DNA of 64,000 bases, taken from contig NC_092680.1 in assembly GCF_964355755.1 (NCBI RefSeq), positions 9,672,001-9,736,000 on the forward strand, written 5' to 3'. Positions 60,848 through 64,000 of this stretch are shown one piece after another. This DNA is from Antedon mediterranea. Its lineage: Eukaryota; Animalia; Echinodermata. The stretch's first letter is position 1. Every line of letters begins with the position of its first letter. A program made the position numbers and the translations under genes. The notes under the pieces are model-generated. The model searched no databases. It saw nothing but the letters and a program-made list of their open reading frames with translations, and was not told where the DNA came from.

Positions 60848-62028
60848 TAAAGACTGTCCAAAAGGACAATAATTTCATTGCAATGAGTATTGACATGTTC
60901 ACGTTTAAATTCATTTTTCGTATTACAAACTTCGAGATAACAATTATCATCTATTTGATATTTGATTATGGATGATAGCAGTTTCTATGTATTAGTCACA
61001 TTATGTATGCAAACATTTATAAATGGGGTCAAGGCTCAATTGTTGTATTTCGGTCATTTTATCGTAAAATGTTTCATTAGAGTAAATATAAATATATACA
61101 TTTTGAATAAATCAGTAAAAAAAAACTCTCTCGGACTACCGTAGTCGTTTTTTAAACATGGAACCCTGTAATTTCACCCTAATTTGCATATTTAAGCTAA
61201 TTTGCATATCATCAGGATGAGTGACATAGGTGTGATGCTCAAATTTAGATCTCCTTATCATATATGACCATTTAAAAAAGAAAAACATCTGTTTGCAATT
61301 TATTTCACTCAAAATGATAGATTGCCTAGCCTATACGTATTAAAACACAGCGAAAGCATCAATATAAACATCCAAATCATTTTTTTTTCTTTTATTACGA
61401 TTTGGTCTATATATAAAGAGTAAATACTTAAAAAGTATTATTGTAATTATATATTTTTTTCTATCACCTTTGAAAACAAATTCAACAATTGGTACATTCA
61501 TTTTGTTATAATTAAAATCTTATATACAAAATCAATCCTAAATAGATGATAAATCATAAGTCATCATCAAGCATTACCTTTTTACAGATTGCTATTCTGT
61601 ATTGAGGAAATTGAATTTCTAATAAACTTATCATTGTTGGTAATATTAGCACACGACTACAACACTTTATATTTTGTACAATTAAAATTTGAATCTTATA
61701 CATGTAAGAAATCCAAAGGTAATCAAAAATCCTATGGATAACAGATAGACTAGTTTTCAATAGAGATAAGGAAAATTAAATAAGCAAAAAGAATTAAATC
61801 AAAAGAAAATAACCTATGCATTTTTAATTATACACTTATACAATGCAAATCTTAATAATGTGTGAAAAATCCAAAGGCAAAACAATCCTATGGATAAGAC
61901 TGACTAGCTTTCAATAGAGATAAATAAGCATCTAAACTTAAAGAACATCCAAACCAACAGGCAGGCCTATACAGTACATTAATCAACATGAGTACTATAT
62001 TGTAAACACATTAAACATGTACATCTTA

Positions 62029-62185
62029 AGCTCTGTTTACATTATCAAACTTATGTGACAACAAACATTGTTATGCTCATATATGTACATGATGTCATAT
62101 TACTACCATATTTGGGTATATCCCTACCATATTCCGGTAAATCACACATTTTTGTCACATAAAGTTTGATAGTGTAGACAGAGCT
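62029..62185. mobile_element. Harbinger-type MITE
   Basis: TTA|AGCTCTGTTTACATTATCAAACTT ... AAGTTTGATAGTGTAGACAGAGCT|TTA. Confidence 0.7.
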
Positions 62186-64000
62186 TTATACACTGTGGCA
62201 GTGATTGACTAGTTACCTTTATATAGATTATAAGGTCTTAGATGACCACCCTGTACTGTATGTGTGAACTCAAATACAATTTTAAAGATTGAGTTCCTAA
62301 TTTGAATAATGGTAATTACTCTATTGTATAATTTAAACACAATTTGTTACTTATAATAATACTAATATATATTTCTAACATAGGTATGCTACAGCAAAGA
62401 ATATATATCACAAGAATGAGTAACCTGCGATTTTCCCTGTAACAGTAATATTGTCCATGTGGTAGGGCGCCACCATAAGTGAGGATGTATACAACTTTTT
62501 GTGATGGTTACACTAATCTAAGGTTGGACCACCGGTAGTATTTTCATGATAAAAAATGTATCAACTACATGCCAACATCATGTTAAATGCTGTTTGGATA
62601 TTTAATTGTTCGATTTATGCAATTTATGTAGTAAATAGTAAAAACTGCCGAATAAACAGTTTGCTTCATCAACCAGACGCTACCCTGGGCGCGTTGGTGT
62701 TAACGCGTTTTCATAAAGGATAGTTTAATAATATTTCTATATTTAACTTGTTTCTGGTAAAACAAATAAATGTTAATGAAATTTAACCTTGTATCCTATT
62801 AATAACATGTATTTTATACTAATTTATATCATAAAAACAATACTTAAATTACCGGGCGTAGATTAGTATGCGGCAATGGTAAAGAATAGGCCATGCTGAG
62901 TAACGCTTCGTTGATTTTTGGTGTTGCTGTTCGGCCTTTTTTGTGAACTAATTTAGTATGGTAGTAAATACTTTCCTTAAGAAGTGAATGTACACTAGTT
63001 TGTTATTAAATATGTATTATAAAATGTTTTACAACTGCAAAATATATTATAATAATTCTATTTAATGTGACATGTATAATATTAATATTATTAAATCAAG
63101 TCATATTTAGTCTGTATACATCTGCCCTTATGAGGGCGGGTATCACTCTCTGTTACAAATTTCTCATGCAAAAATCGTGGAATACTCATTCTTGTGATAT
63201 ATATTCTTTGGCTACGGTTAATTTCTTAATGATCACACCAACTAAACCAACAGCTGTACATTAGGTACATGAACAACATAAATAAATATATAACAGTTTC
63301 ACATTTATAAATAAATAATATATAGATATAAATATTGAATTAAATATTGAAATAATGGTGAGAATGGAAGGAAAATGAAATCAAGACTTTTTAATTGGTT
63401 AATCGCCGGTTTATAGTTATTGCCATGCTCTCAAACTAAACTGCTAAATGTGGATCGAGTCTAGGCCTATACACACATGCGACGCCCTGAGATCTTTGTC
63501 TTGGGATATAGTCCAAAATTCACCTTGAGCTATATCTTTAACCATGCCCCTCAGCCCAGTCAATATTTGTAATAATTGCTCTTAACTAATATAGCTACCA
63601 TAAATAATAACAAGGAGCTTTAGATAGTCACTGTGTTTATACCAGGACATTAGGACGTGCTTACTAGATTCTATGTCCAACAACACAATATACATGGGTC
63701 ATAGGTCGTAGCAAATTAAAAGCTCCCTAATATATGCAATTTACAACTTACAGGACATAAAGACAAATGCATTGATCAGAACTAGCATACACAAAGTAAT
63801 TGCTATGGTTTGAGCTTGGTACAATATTTTATATTTACAATTTACAATGATGTTAGCCATACTTGAATTTTTAATAATGTTTATTCATACAAAAAAACTA
63901 ATTTTGGTAACTTTACCAACTAAATATGCAATTCCAACAATATTAATAAAATCTTTGAATAAAACTGTTAACATTGGTAAAACTGATATATATATATATA

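Overview
AT-rich metazoan genomic DNA with spliceosomal introns; the repeat families suggest a marine invertebrate, which is inference only. All host genes are on the minus strand: the first coding exon of an SLC16/MCT-type MFS transporter (2179-2329), a complete 6-exon divergent phosphatidylinositol synthase-like gene (CDIPT-like, 17104-23391, 217 aa) and a complete 15-exon gamma-tubulin complex component 4 gene (TUBGCP4, 25118-52797, 660 aa). The rest is mostly nested mobile DNA. This includes an L1/Tx1 relic split by an RT-deleted BEL/Pao element, a DIRS1-like tyrosine-recombinase retrotransposon in TUBGCP4 intron 4, two Academ-like elements, a Penelope-like fragment, MetaSINEs, several MITE families, a TE-derived 53-bp minisatellite and two converging head-to-tail arrays of non-autonomous Helitrons. 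The most unusual signals are pervasive TA>TAGGCCTA and TA>TACAGTA/TACTGTA micro-insertions shown by comparing repeat copies, a TSD-less microhomology-joined BEL insertion, the Helitron concatemers and the divergent CDIPT paralogue. All coordinates were read by eye; no database searches were run.
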